Assembly (NCBI GenBank): GCA_002633005.1
Contig: NMRA01000086.1
Location: 545,975-589,566, forward strand
DNA from: Phoronis australis
Lineage: Eukaryota > Animalia > Phoronida
Direction of reading: 5' to 3'
DNA: 43,592 nucleotides
A program made the translations under genes and the position numbers. A model generated the notes under the pieces. The model had not been told where the DNA came from, made no database searches, and saw nothing but the letters and a program-made list of their open reading frames with translations. Every line of letters begins with the position of its first letter. The first letter of the stretch is position 1. This document shows positions 11,601 through 21,394 of the stretch, one piece after another.

Positions 11601-14600
11601 CGTACTGCTCAAAGAATTACTGATGTAGTGCTGATGAGAAGGTTACGACTGACGTTGACTTTCGGACGAGTCCGACTACTGTGTAGCCCCCTAGTGTCGA
11701 TTTTTTTGCATCTGTAGCAGAATCTCCTTAATCCTCTGAAGGAGCTTTGTAAAATTTCAAAGATGTATTCCTATGGAACTGATCCAAATACCATTGTGCC
11801 CCCTAGGGGCAAAATGTTTTTTTACATTTGTCTATGTATCTTCTGATTTCAGAAATGTATTTTCATAAAATTATGTAGTTTTTCTATTAAGAAGACGACA
11901 ACGCCTTCCCACTTTCAGACAGATTTGATGTTTTCTGCGCCACTTGGTAGCCATTTTTGTTATTTTTGCATCCACATTCTGGTGTCCACTTCCCTGTCTG
12001 TCATACCACTTAAAAGATCATTATGAGAATTATCAGATGTTGTGTTCCTGATGAGAAGGCCACAACTGAAGTTGACTTTCAGACGAGTCTGACTACTGTG
12101 TCGCCCCCTAGTGGTGAATTTGTTTTTTATGTTTGAGGCCAAATCTCCTTAAAGTGTACACAACATGACTCTTGTACCTCAAAATAAATTTTATTATTAT
12201 ATCTTACTAGATTTCAGTGCCTTTAGTGCACAGCTCATAAAGAAACACGCAAAAATTGAAAAAAATAATAATTATTTACAACGTCATGGGTTTAACCCAA
12301 GTCGTTCGCCATACTGTTCGGATCAGAGACAAAGTGTACTGAGTGAAGAGAAAGCAAAATACATTTAGCGTCGAGAAGGTTCGTAGAGAGATCAAAAGAT
12401 GCGTTTCCGGAGGCTGCAGCAACAGTAGCCAGGCGGAGAACGTCTCGGTGTTCCGAAGGATACCAAAGTTGCGCAGAAGTGGCATTGCTTCGTGCGCCGA
12501 ACGAGAGTGTGGGACGTCATCGTGGACCAAGCGATTCGGTCCGGGGCCACTCTGTGTTCTGCTCACTTTGAGAACTCGCGTTTCGACTCCAGTCACAAGA
12601 GACGTTACGATGAAGGCCTGGTTCAATAAAGGACAATATTTATCATTCAGAAACATCAGCTCTTAGTTCATGATCGTCTGTTGGATGACTGGGTTGACTC
12701 GCCGAGCCCGAGGCCGCTTCTCTGGCAGGAGGATCCAGTTCGTAAGGCTCAAAGTAGAAAAGTACGCTGCCGGAAGCACATTAAACTTATTCTCGCTTTC
12801 GTGCAACCCCATTTCCTTATCCTGGCCACTATTCCCGTACGTTTCTTCATAGTATTCGTTCAATTTTTGCTCATAATCGTCGTCGCTTTCAAATTCCCTG
12901 CTTTCCGCCATTGTTCAATGCTAGTCACAAATCTCTTGTGTTCAACCCATGACGTCACATGGTGGGAAATGTGAAAATTGGCAAAATTGAAAGAAAAATC
13001 AAAATTTCGAGCTAATTACACAAAATAAACATGGGTTTAGCTAAATTTTACGTCATACATTTAGTTTGTGGCCACCGGTAATTCAAAATGTGCAAAAATC
13101 CATGGTGTGTACTGTTTAACCCAAGCTTTGAAGGAAGTTTGTTGAATTTGAAAGATGTGTGTTCCTATGGAGCTGACGACATACGGCAACAAATGTTGAA
13201 GTAATCCAAATACCACTGTGCCCCCTAGTAGCAAAATGTTTTTTACGTTTACCTCAGTGTGTATCTTCGGAGTTCATAAATGTATTTTCATGAAATTCGG
13301 CAAAAGGATTCAGTTAAGAAGGCGACAAGTTCTTTCCATTTTGGGACAGATTCACCCATCTTTGATTTCCCCCTTCCCCCCAATCACCTGCTCTCTTTTA
13401 AAAAAAATCATTTCATGGCTTTCCTTGTATCATTTGAACTCCTCCGAAAGTATGAGACTTCCACCTCTATAAAAGGATTATCCACTTGTTGATATTGTTG
13501 TAGTGCTATTCTGGTAGTAGTATTGATATCACATATTTTTGTATTGGTACTATGGTAGTAGTGTTGATATCACGTGATATTGTTGTAGTGCTATTCTGAT
13601 AGTATTATTAGTATCACGGGTTTTGCTGACTTCAACTGCAATGACTTGTGCAACCTACTGTTCTGTGATTTGGAATGACCAACTGCTCTCGACTGTTAGA
13701 TGTTTTGTCAAAAATATTTAGTTAGGGACACAATATGTCGGACACTTGGAATTTCATTTTGTCAAAATAACTTCAATAAATTTTACTTTGCATTAAGCTC
13801 AGTTTGCATGATATAGCTGTCATCAAACAATGTTTGGGAAAATGTATAACATTTCTAGCATTGCAGTAAGCCTCTGAAAACTACAAAAATGTCATTTATA
13901 GCTTTCATTTTTGTACAGTATTGAAGGATTTTAATTGTAATCAGTTGTTACTGGTCATTAGGTGATGGAAGGCACAATGAGTTCTGCAATGACACTGTCA
14001 GCACCGCAGAATCAAGTGGAAGCTCTCATAAAGGAGGTTGCCGATGAGAACGGCTTGGAAGTCATGGATCAGCTGCGTGATCTTGAACCGGGCAGTGCAT
14101 CGCTGAGTTCGGAGGCAGCGTCTGTGTCTAAGGAGGATCAGTTAGAGAAGAGGTAATAAAGTCATATTGTTAACTTTGTGTCTGCCAGGGGCTCTTTTTT
14201 CCAATAGCTTCCAAAAAGTTGACAGTTTCCTCTAAGATGCTCCTGGCTTTGGTGTAGTTGTGGCGAAAAACCCTGAAGGAAAATAGATGAAAAATAATAT
14301 TGTACTATTTAAAGACTAACTGGAAAATTATGCTTTGAAATTTCGTGAATTTCAATGAGATGTTTTTTGAAATCTTCTGTTGTTGATTCCAATTTGGTTG
14401 AGGAATGTTTACATTCTTTCCTGGTAACTTTATTTATTGAGAGATGGACAGCACAGCTATTATTTACTGGTCAGTATAGCTATTATGTAATAGGTGTACA
14501 GTTACGCAGTTAGTTTGTTTCGTACTCTAGTTACTTATTCCAACAGAAAAATCATGACAGTATCCAGCACCTTGTACTGTATATTCAGAGAATTGCTCTC

Positions 14601-15175
14601 TGTGTAAATACTCTGAATATACATTTGTATTTATGTATTTATGTATGTGTAGGCAATGCCTACGATGTACAATAAATGTTGATATTGTATTGTATTGTAT
14701 TTGGTACTTTCTGGTTTGAGATATCCAGTCATGGTGGCCTCTGTGAATAGATACGTTTCAGTGTGTTGTTTTGTATCCAAGTCATCTGTTAATGCAAGGT
14801 TTGGGCCATCACAGCTGCTGTTTTTTAGAGTTTAAGGGTTTCAAGCAAACTGGGTTTAAAATAACTTGTAACCATTCTTTAAAGCAGTAATTGCAACAGC
14901 TCAATAGCATTTTTATAGTTACCCTATCAAAACACATTTAGTTGTTTGTTATGGCTGACGATTGCAATTTGGACATTAATAGTTTTCAATTTACTTTAAA
15001 AATCAAAATAAAATGTTATTTATGCTTTTAAATGAGGTAGCGTGTTGCCATGGCCTTCATCTTGAAATAGACATTCACAAATAGTTTGATCTGGGACTGA
15101 TTATAGATCTGTATCAGTTATTCAATTTGTAATGCGAAAATTTCTGATTTCAGGTTAGCCGCTCTACGAAACTAA
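2650..15175 (+). CDS. CHMP1A: Charged multivesicular body protein 1a (ESCRT-III); join(2650..2662,4910..4929,5763..5840,6766..6912,8988..9116,13962..14152,15154..15175), 600 nt, 199 aa (197 aa from the second ATG at 2656)
   Basis: The spliced translation [86 protein letters not shown]...EDQLEKRLAALRN matches the recalled CHMP1A sequence. All six introns are GT-AG with compatible phases. Confidence 0.95.
3540..4400 (+). mobile_element. 5'-truncated, decayed non-LTR retrotransposon 3' end (RTEX-like) in CHMP1A intron 1
   Basis: Broken frames read WGF...[13 protein letters not shown]...[11 protein letters not shown] and [16 protein letters not shown]...ERLCPLC...VESEYHF...YDDLR, typical of the post-RT C-terminal zinc-finger region of invertebrate LINEs. 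Stops and frameshifts are present. The clade call is tentative. Confidence 0.8.
4910..4929 (+). CDS. CHMP1A: CHMP1A coding exon 2 (20-nt microexon, DTLFQLK)
   Basis: ttttttcag|AT ACC CTG TTT CAA CTG AAG|gtgagt. Confidence 0.92.
5763..5840 (+). CDS. CHMP1A: CHMP1A coding exon 3 ([26 protein letters not shown])
   Basis: ttacag| ... AAG|gtatgt, 78 nt, phase 0-0. Confidence 0.93.
6361..6720. repeat. Minisatellite, 30-bp unit (GAGCACGGTGGACTGTGCTGAAAGGGTAAT), about 12 copies
   Basis: Directly visible tandem repeat ending 45 nt before CHMP1A exon 4. Confidence 0.95.
6766..6912 (+). CDS. CHMP1A: CHMP1A coding exon 4 ([23 protein letters not shown]...VTMQG)
   Basis: ttttag|GCA ... GGG|gtact, 147 nt; contains the CHMP1 signature [10 protein letters not shown]. 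Confidence 0.95.
7247..7426. repeat. Minisatellite, 15-bp unit (GCAAGTCATTCTACT / GCTAGTCATTCTACT), 12 copies
   Basis: Directly visible; two variants occur in blocks. Confidence 0.95.
7832..8397. mobile_element. MITE with ~40-bp imperfect TIRs, flanked by TAA (PIF/Harbinger-like)
   Basis: Left GCTGTTCCAGTAAAATCTGTATGGG..AAGGCA versus right TGCCTTACCCCCCACACAGATTTTGCTGGAACAGCCC. TAA at 7829-7831 and 8398-8400. The left terminus is decayed. Internal CCACCC(G/A)TAATTTTT subrepeats. Confidence 0.65.
8465..8860. repeat. Minisatellite, 33-bp unit (GCACACGTGGGGGACACTTTCAGGCATGAGCCA), 12 near-identical copies
   Basis: Directly visible; only the last base varies (A/G). Confidence 0.97.
8988..9116 (+). 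CDS. CHMP1A: CHMP1A coding exon 5 ([15 protein letters not shown]...LDVHTS)
   Basis: tttcag|GTA ... TCT|gtaagt, 129 nt. Confidence 0.95.
12153..13115. mobile_element. Internally deleted Kolobok-like DNA transposon (TTAA TSD) with a frameshifted THAP zinc-finger remnant
   Basis: TTAA at 12149-12152 and 13116-13119. TIR AGTGTACACAACATG versus reverse complement ACAGTACACACCATG (12/15). The host satellite monomer resumes across the TTAA. THAP motif at 12391-12590. Confidence 0.75.
12391..12628 (+). pseudogene. Frameshifted THAP (C2CH) domain fragment, probably a transposase N-terminus
   Basis: [21 protein letters not shown] / (frameshift near 12452) [20 protein letters not shown]...[13 protein letters not shown] matches the C-x4-C...P...W...CxxHF THAP signature. 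Confidence 0.75.
13962..14152 (+). CDS. CHMP1A: CHMP1A coding exon 6 ([19 protein letters not shown]...EDQLEKR)
   Basis: cattag|GTG ... AAG AG|gtaata, 191 nt, ends in phase 2. Confidence 0.95.
15154..15175 (+). CDS. CHMP1A: CHMP1A coding exon 7 (R-LAALRN-stop; completes the MIM1 motif)
   Basis: tttcag|G TTA GCC GCT CTA CGA AAC TAA. Confidence 0.93.
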
Positions 15176-15676
15176 ACAACTCCGCATTGAAGCTGTGTTG
15201 TTACTGGACAATGTTTCTAAAACACATATACATAAAAAGATACACGATGTGTGGAAAAATCGCAATGAGTTAAAACATTGACCCCGAGTGGAAGTCACTC
15301 TGTCATCTACAAGGTCGTTGCTGATATTGGGGCTTTGCACTTGCTAGCGCATTGAGATTTGATGTTGTTGGCCTTACAATTGCTATGTTGGTATGTCTCA
15401 ATATTCATCAATTTATTACTCTATAATAGAGTATGTTCGTAAATAAGTAGGAGTGTACTAGAGTGGTTGTTGTCATTTCTTCCTGTAAATCAACAAAATT
15501 TCACTGCAAATATGTCTGGCTTCTTTTCAGTTGGTCTTGTTTTTCATCCGATTTCATTCTCTGTCTAACATTAATGAAGTCGGTCAAATCTGAACAGAAT
15601 TCTTCAAATTTTTTGAAACAACGTTTGACTTAACGTAATTTTAAAAAGTGGCAAGACTTAGAACTAAGATAGGGAA

Positions 15677-15851
15677 TTTCCTAGACAACCCCAGTAAGGT
15701 GACATCACACTTTCCCAGACAATCCAAGTAAGGTGACACCATACTTTCCCAGACAACCCCAGTGAGGTGACATCACACTTTCCCAGACGACCCCAGTAAG
15801 GCGACATCACTATTTCATGTACAACCCCAGTAAGGCGACATCACACTTTCC
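15677..15851. repeat. Minisatellite, 34-bp unit (TTTCCCAGACAACCCCAGTAAGGTGACATCACAC), about 5 copies, 0.5 kb downstream of the CHMP1A stop
   Basis: Directly visible diverged tandem repeat. Confidence 0.9.
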
Positions 15852-17580
15852 GCCTCTGTTGTGTGGATGGTTAGCAATGCCATACTCACTTCATTGTTAT
15901 GTGTGGGCTGTGTATTAAGCAAAAAAAAAAACCTGTTTAATTGATAATTCTGTCAGTGTATATATTTAATTCTGGTTCTCTGTACATTCATCGGTGTTAA
16001 CTGAACACTCTCAAGACATGCTACAGATACAGTGCTAGCTTGTGGGTATGAAATATATTCTTGTGTATGTAGATTGTTATCTCAATAATTATGACAGCTT
16101 TCTCAGAAACCGAACACTAAGAAATCCAATGTATCAACCATAAGACGGAGCATTTCTTACAAAGGGCAGATGGGCCTCTGTTTCTGGATGACATATTTGG
16201 TAGCTCTCGCTGGTGGTCCGTTTTCAGCAGTATTGAATCGCATAACTTCATTGGATTTGTCTTTGAATTCAAAATATTTTTATGTTACTAACACAAAAAC
16301 AAAAAGGGACTGCCAAATCCATGGTCACTCAATTATGTCATTAATTTCTGACCATTTCCATATCAATTTTGCTTGTGCATTGATACAGACAATGCTGAGA
16401 AATGGATGTTGCAGTTTTTGTGCATACTAGGATACGTCATACAGAAATTGATGAATACAGTATTAAGTGACATTGGTCACGTCCAATGTTCTGCTGTTTA
16501 CCCACTCGTTTTACTTGTGTAATTGTTTCTTTTGCTGTCTTGTATATAGGTTGACTAGCAGTATGTATGTGGTGTATGTGGAAAGCATCTGGATTATTTC
16601 AGCATCGCCATGGGTTCAAGGCCACCCCTGGGTATAACCACAAAGTCCAGGTCAACTCGACCTCTTCGTTTGCCTGCGGCCTGCACCCATGGGATTACCT
16701 GCCAGTATTTCAGAAACCCATGGGCTTATAGAAGACTGTTTGATGCCAGTCTTTGGACTTGGGCATAAAAATGTGCGATAAAAGCCGATAGCCTCCAGAT
16801 ACACTAATGTCTGATTTAACCCTCGCTGTATGGACTTGTACTGGAGTGGGTACAGTATGATGATCCATCATTGTTATGGGTGTCGTGAAATTGTACGCAT
16901 ATTTATGAAATAAATTTTGATCATCGCCATACATACTGTTCATCGTAATGTATTATGTTACTCAAGCGAAGTTTTTTTTTTACATTTTTAAACAAATTGA
17001 AAATCATTGCTTTGCCTTGTAATCGAGTGTTTATTTCCAGAAGTTTCCATTTTCGTTAACATGACTATATGGCCAAAAAAGCATAATAGGTTTTGGTGTC
17101 TAGCCATTATAGATGTGGGCCGAATCCGATTGACTATAAAGAAAAAAAACGCCTGCCTGCATCAATTTCATTCAAGGTCTCATATTTGGAAAGTTGCCAA
17201 AAGGCACATAAGCAAGCACATGAAAGTTTCAACACCATCATTTGCTAAATGAGGAGTATAAAGAAAAATGAAGTTCAAAGCGAGAGTAGGTGAAATGGAA
17301 TGAAAATTTAGAAGCAAGGTCTAGAACAAAACCAAGAACATTAACAACCTTGACGCCTATTACACTTATGCACAGTAAATGATAAACAATTAAACATGGA
17401 TTGAGGAACTAGGCAACTGAACAACGGTCATCATATCAGAAAAAAATCTAACTCAATAATGGTAAGTCATAGCAACAAGCCAATAACACACTTCTGACGG
17501 CCATTTGAGGAGATCCATTTACACATTTGAGAAAGTTCAATCAAAGGATCACGGAGCTGGAGCTCTGCAAATATTAAATA

Positions 17581-17615
17581 ATGCGTCCACATATAAATAT
17601 GTGGGCGCATAAAAA
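17581..17615 (-). mobile_element. Isolated HINE-like head (30-bp hairpin plus T-run) of the same family as 9728 and 32080
   Basis: ATGCGTCCACATATAAATATGTGGGCGCATAAAAA is a near-perfect palindrome matching the other two heads. Confidence 0.65.
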
Positions 17616-18686
17616 TGACCATCAAAATGCCATCGTGCATCCAATTTCGCCCACAAACTGAAGTCCTCAAAATATTGACTAGATGAACATTTTACGTATA
17701 ATTCGATCAGGTGAAAAATGCGATCTCTAGCACCAATATGATAGTGCAGCTAGAAATATAAAAGAAAAGCATCTGACTGATAAGTTGTAGCCAGACACAC
17801 TTCAGGCAGTTCGCACTTAACGAGATTATCCACATACAGATTTTTCAGAGATCCGTCGAGCGACATTGGAGACATTCCACAAATATCCAATTATTTATGG
17901 AGCAAACCGGAAAATCTTGAATAATTCCAGAACAGTAATCTCCATAGAAAACAAATTCTACACTTCTCATAGCCCTTGAAATGATCTATCCACAGAAAAA
18001 AATCAGAAAATTTCCACCACCACAGTGGAGCCACTAGTATGGCTGCGCAAACCAAAACAGAAAATGGCAGCCACAGCACCATCTTGTGTCCGATTTCAAC
18101 CATTCAAAATGGGCTTCAAGCTATTTGCAATACAGGTTTTGTGTTAATTTCACCGTTATCAGATAAGAAATGCAATCTGTAACTTGAGAAATTTCACAAC
18201 GAATACTTAGGGAAAACTTTGCTTCACCATGTAACACACCCCGTAACTTTTTTGCTCATCTCTGGTTGATTTTCTTATTTGAAAAAGCGTGCAATTAAAT
18301 ACAGTTAGGAGTACAATTTATTTTGTACTTCATGAAAAGTTAATTTTAAAAAGCTTGTTGATAAATTAACCTTCACAATCAAAATCACCTAATGAAGATG
18401 GAAATACAATGCAGAGAATGGAAAGAGGATACTAACCCCATTTTTGGCATATTAACAGACATTAAAACTGGACGTTCCCATCCAATTCTATGAAACAAAT
18501 CATTGCTTTGTAACCCTCGACAACCCCCAAAGGTTTGGAGGTTTGAAAACTCCTTTCAAAATCTGCTAAACCGGCAAGACCACGCACTAAGAACCATAAT
18601 ATCAAATCTGCGACACAGGGAATATGAGTCTTTGGCTGATTCCTGATTTTAACATTAAGACTGATGCCAAGCATCAGCAGGCTTAA

Positions 18687-19912
18687 GGTAGGTGTATACA
18701 CTGATCAAATCTCCATGTTCATAACTAAAATGAGTAAAAAGGAAGTTTTAACTAGTTAGACATGACTCTGAAAGTGACAAAAATCGAAAAAAAAAGTTTG
18801 TTTTGTAGTTCGTTTTTTTAAAAAATCGTATTTTTTAATTTTCAAAAAATCCAATTTCACCTCGATTTTTTTTCAAAATGCACAGGGATCATCATCAACT
18901 GTTTCCTTACGCAATATTCTACTTATCCATACCAAATATATGTACAAAATCGTTATGATCTTGATTTTGTGGCATTTTTGTGTGTGAGTTGGGGCAAGCA
19001 CGCCACTTTTTGTCATTTGGTCACTTTCCGTCTAATAACTAAAAATCTGGTCCATTTATCAAAAAACCCTGGCACGCGATTTTACTTCAGTCCTAGAGGA
19101 GTTCAAATTTGCAACTTTCGTAAAAATTGACGCACGTGTTGTGGAAAAATAGGCCCGAGAATCTTGTCACTATCCTGAAATCACAAGCCGAGAAAAACGG
19201 CTTTGAAGTTAAGCGGTCATCGATTGCCACTTGAGATCAAATTTCGTTCAGAATGCGTGGTCATTATGTTCCAANNNNNNNNNNNNNNNNNNNNNNNNNN
19301 NNNNNNNNNNNNNNNNNNNNNNNNNNNNNNNNNNNNNNNNNNNNNNNNNNNNNNNNNNNNNNNNNNNNNNNNNNNNNNNNNNNNNNNNNNNNNNNNNNNN
19401 NNNNNNNNNNNNNNNNTATACATGCACAATTTCTGCACGGACTCCTCAAGCTGAGTGCAGTGATGGCTTCGGTAGGGCTTGGCGTACTCAACTTAATTTT
19501 TTTGCAGATAGACAAACAGGCTCAGGCTCGGAACAGGAGCTAGTTCACCATTTCACTACTAACTTTCACATGGTCAAAAATAGAATTGTTTTATTCTTGG
19601 TCTTGCTACAACACCAATATCAGCTGGTACATCACTCTCGATTGCCCCGTTACGCAATGCTTGTTGACAGGGTTAGATTAGAGCTAGTGTCCTTGTATAT
19701 AAGCTCCGCCCCAGTTGTCAATCACTGAGCTGGTGAGCACTCAAGCCATGTGACTTACTGAGGTTTGGTCAAATATAGCTAAAAAAACAACTTTGGATTT
19801 TCAGAATGATTTTATTTTTCTTCAGTATACTGTGCATCAAGAATTAAAGATCAGGATGACATAAAAATGTAAAAAACAGTCAAAATTAATTTTTTTTGTG
19901 TATCCACCTACC
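18687..19912. mobile_element. Non-autonomous Kolobok-like DNA transposon (TTAA TSD, GG..CC termini) spanning an assembly gap
   Basis: TTAA 18683-18686 + GGTAGGTGTATACAC ... GTGTATCCACCTACC + TTAA 19913-19916 (TIR 14/15). Confidence 0.78.
19275..19416. other. Assembly gap (run of N)
   Basis: 142 consecutive N. Confidence 0.99.
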
Positions 19913-21139
19913 TTAAGACAAACAAAATGTCATACAGAAACCATAATTTATTACATAATGACTGTAGGTCCGGAAACAAAACATACTTCATGTTCGCTAC
20001 AGATAGCATTGCTTAGTTGTCTAATGATATATTTGTTAGCACAAGCTTCAAAGAATGCAACGTAATTGAATATTGTGCATTAGAATGCATTTTGTGATTG
20101 TGCTTTGGAAGTTTTAAAGACTTACCAACCAATCCATAAGCAGCACGGCCCAAACAACACTCCATATTAGACAATTTGTGCTTCATCATTACCGGTATTT
20201 CAATACACGAAGCAACAAGGCCCAAACACCATTCAATAGACAATCTATACTTCATCATCAATGGTATTTCTTCAAAAGAGAAATTTTGTTTCAAAGTATG
20301 TAACACTGGATTTTGTCATTATGAGTAAACATAAATTTGTTTCACTTTTTCACAACAGCACAAGTACACATGAACAGTAAACTTGATACAGTCTAATGTC
20401 ATTGTTACTTGATGGCACAGTCTGATGTCATAGATACAGTCTAATGTCATTGTTACCATGTTCTTTCTGTGGTCTACGACAGGGATATCACAACTGCTCA
20501 GGTGAAACATAACTTATCGTGAATAGTCCAGAACTGGACATGAGTTCCTTGCTAACTTGGAAGTAGATTAATACTGTTTTTGCTCAAAATGAGCAATTAA
20601 TCAAACCCGACAACAAATTATCCAAGTTATGAGTGTCATGTATTACCAAAGAAGCCATCACACTCATACTCCACATAAAGGACATTGAAAACTACATGGG
20701 TTAAGTAATGTTCCTTGGAATATATCAACGTCTTAACAAAAAATTTTTGTCTTCTCTATTTCGTCATATGTGAAAATCAAACTAACAATGGGTCACTCAA
20801 TACTCATAAGGTAATGCCAGTTTAGTTCCTCATTTATAATGAAATGACTGAAAACAGAAACCTGTTCACTCAGCATTGAAGTATTCGTGGAATAAGGATG
20901 CCAAGTAAAAGAGCTCATTTCTTCGGGTGAGACCGTTGTTTCATTAGCATCAACGAATGCCAAGTCCTTCATCATAATGTGCAATGCTATTCAATGTCAT
21001 TGCATACCAACACATGGTTAACGGAGTGCCCTGATGAAATCGTATCAAATTTTTAATTATATAGAGGCAATTAGCTCTTTCAGGAACTGCATAACTTTAT
21101 CACAAGTAGCGACTAGCTCCACATCTTTCCAAATACTTT

Positions 21140-21394
21140 TCACTTTCTTTCTGAAAATTCAGGCACAGAGTACTGTTTTCCCGGTGCCTCCAAATCATCA
21201 GCAAATTCAGGTCCAACGCACAGCCTGCCTGTGCAGGGATCAACAACTTCACCCACTTTGTACACTACTTCTGTCACTTGATGTGTCACAAGCTTTGTTT
21301 TCTGTTCAGGTAATTCTTTAATTAGAACAATGTCACCTCGTTTTGCTTTCAGACTATCATCATAAGCCCAGTAGTCTTTTCTGTAGTTGAAGTA
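21140..21394 (-). CDS. MRPS17: MRPS17 last coding exon
   Basis: tactttcag|TAC TTC AAC TAC AGA ... AAG TGA. Confidence 0.92.
   Translation of the reverse strand, partial: YFNYRKDYWAYDDSLKAKRGDIVLIKELPEQKTKLVTHQVTEVVYKVGEVVDPCTGRLCVGPEFADDLEAPGKQYSVPEFSERK

Larger units (their letters stand above)
9475..13340 (+). mobile_element. Helentron-associated (HINE-like) elements with an internal diverged ~145-bp tandem array, interrupted by a TTAA-flanked insertion at 12153-13115
   Basis: Head TTTTTATGCGCCCACATATTTGTATGTGGGGACAT (hairpin) at 9728, then a GTCY-like tract, then monomers each carrying a GYGCCMCCTAGTGG-like motif. Homologous in reverse orientation to 30633-32080. Boundaries are approximate. 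Confidence 0.7.

Noticed and set aside
14186-14275. Short CAGGG...CCCTG segment resembling a tiny hAT remnant
   Set aside because: The TIR match is only about 5 bp and there is no convincing TSD.
19203-19728. ORFs containing X runs
   Set aside because: They are artefacts of the N gap.
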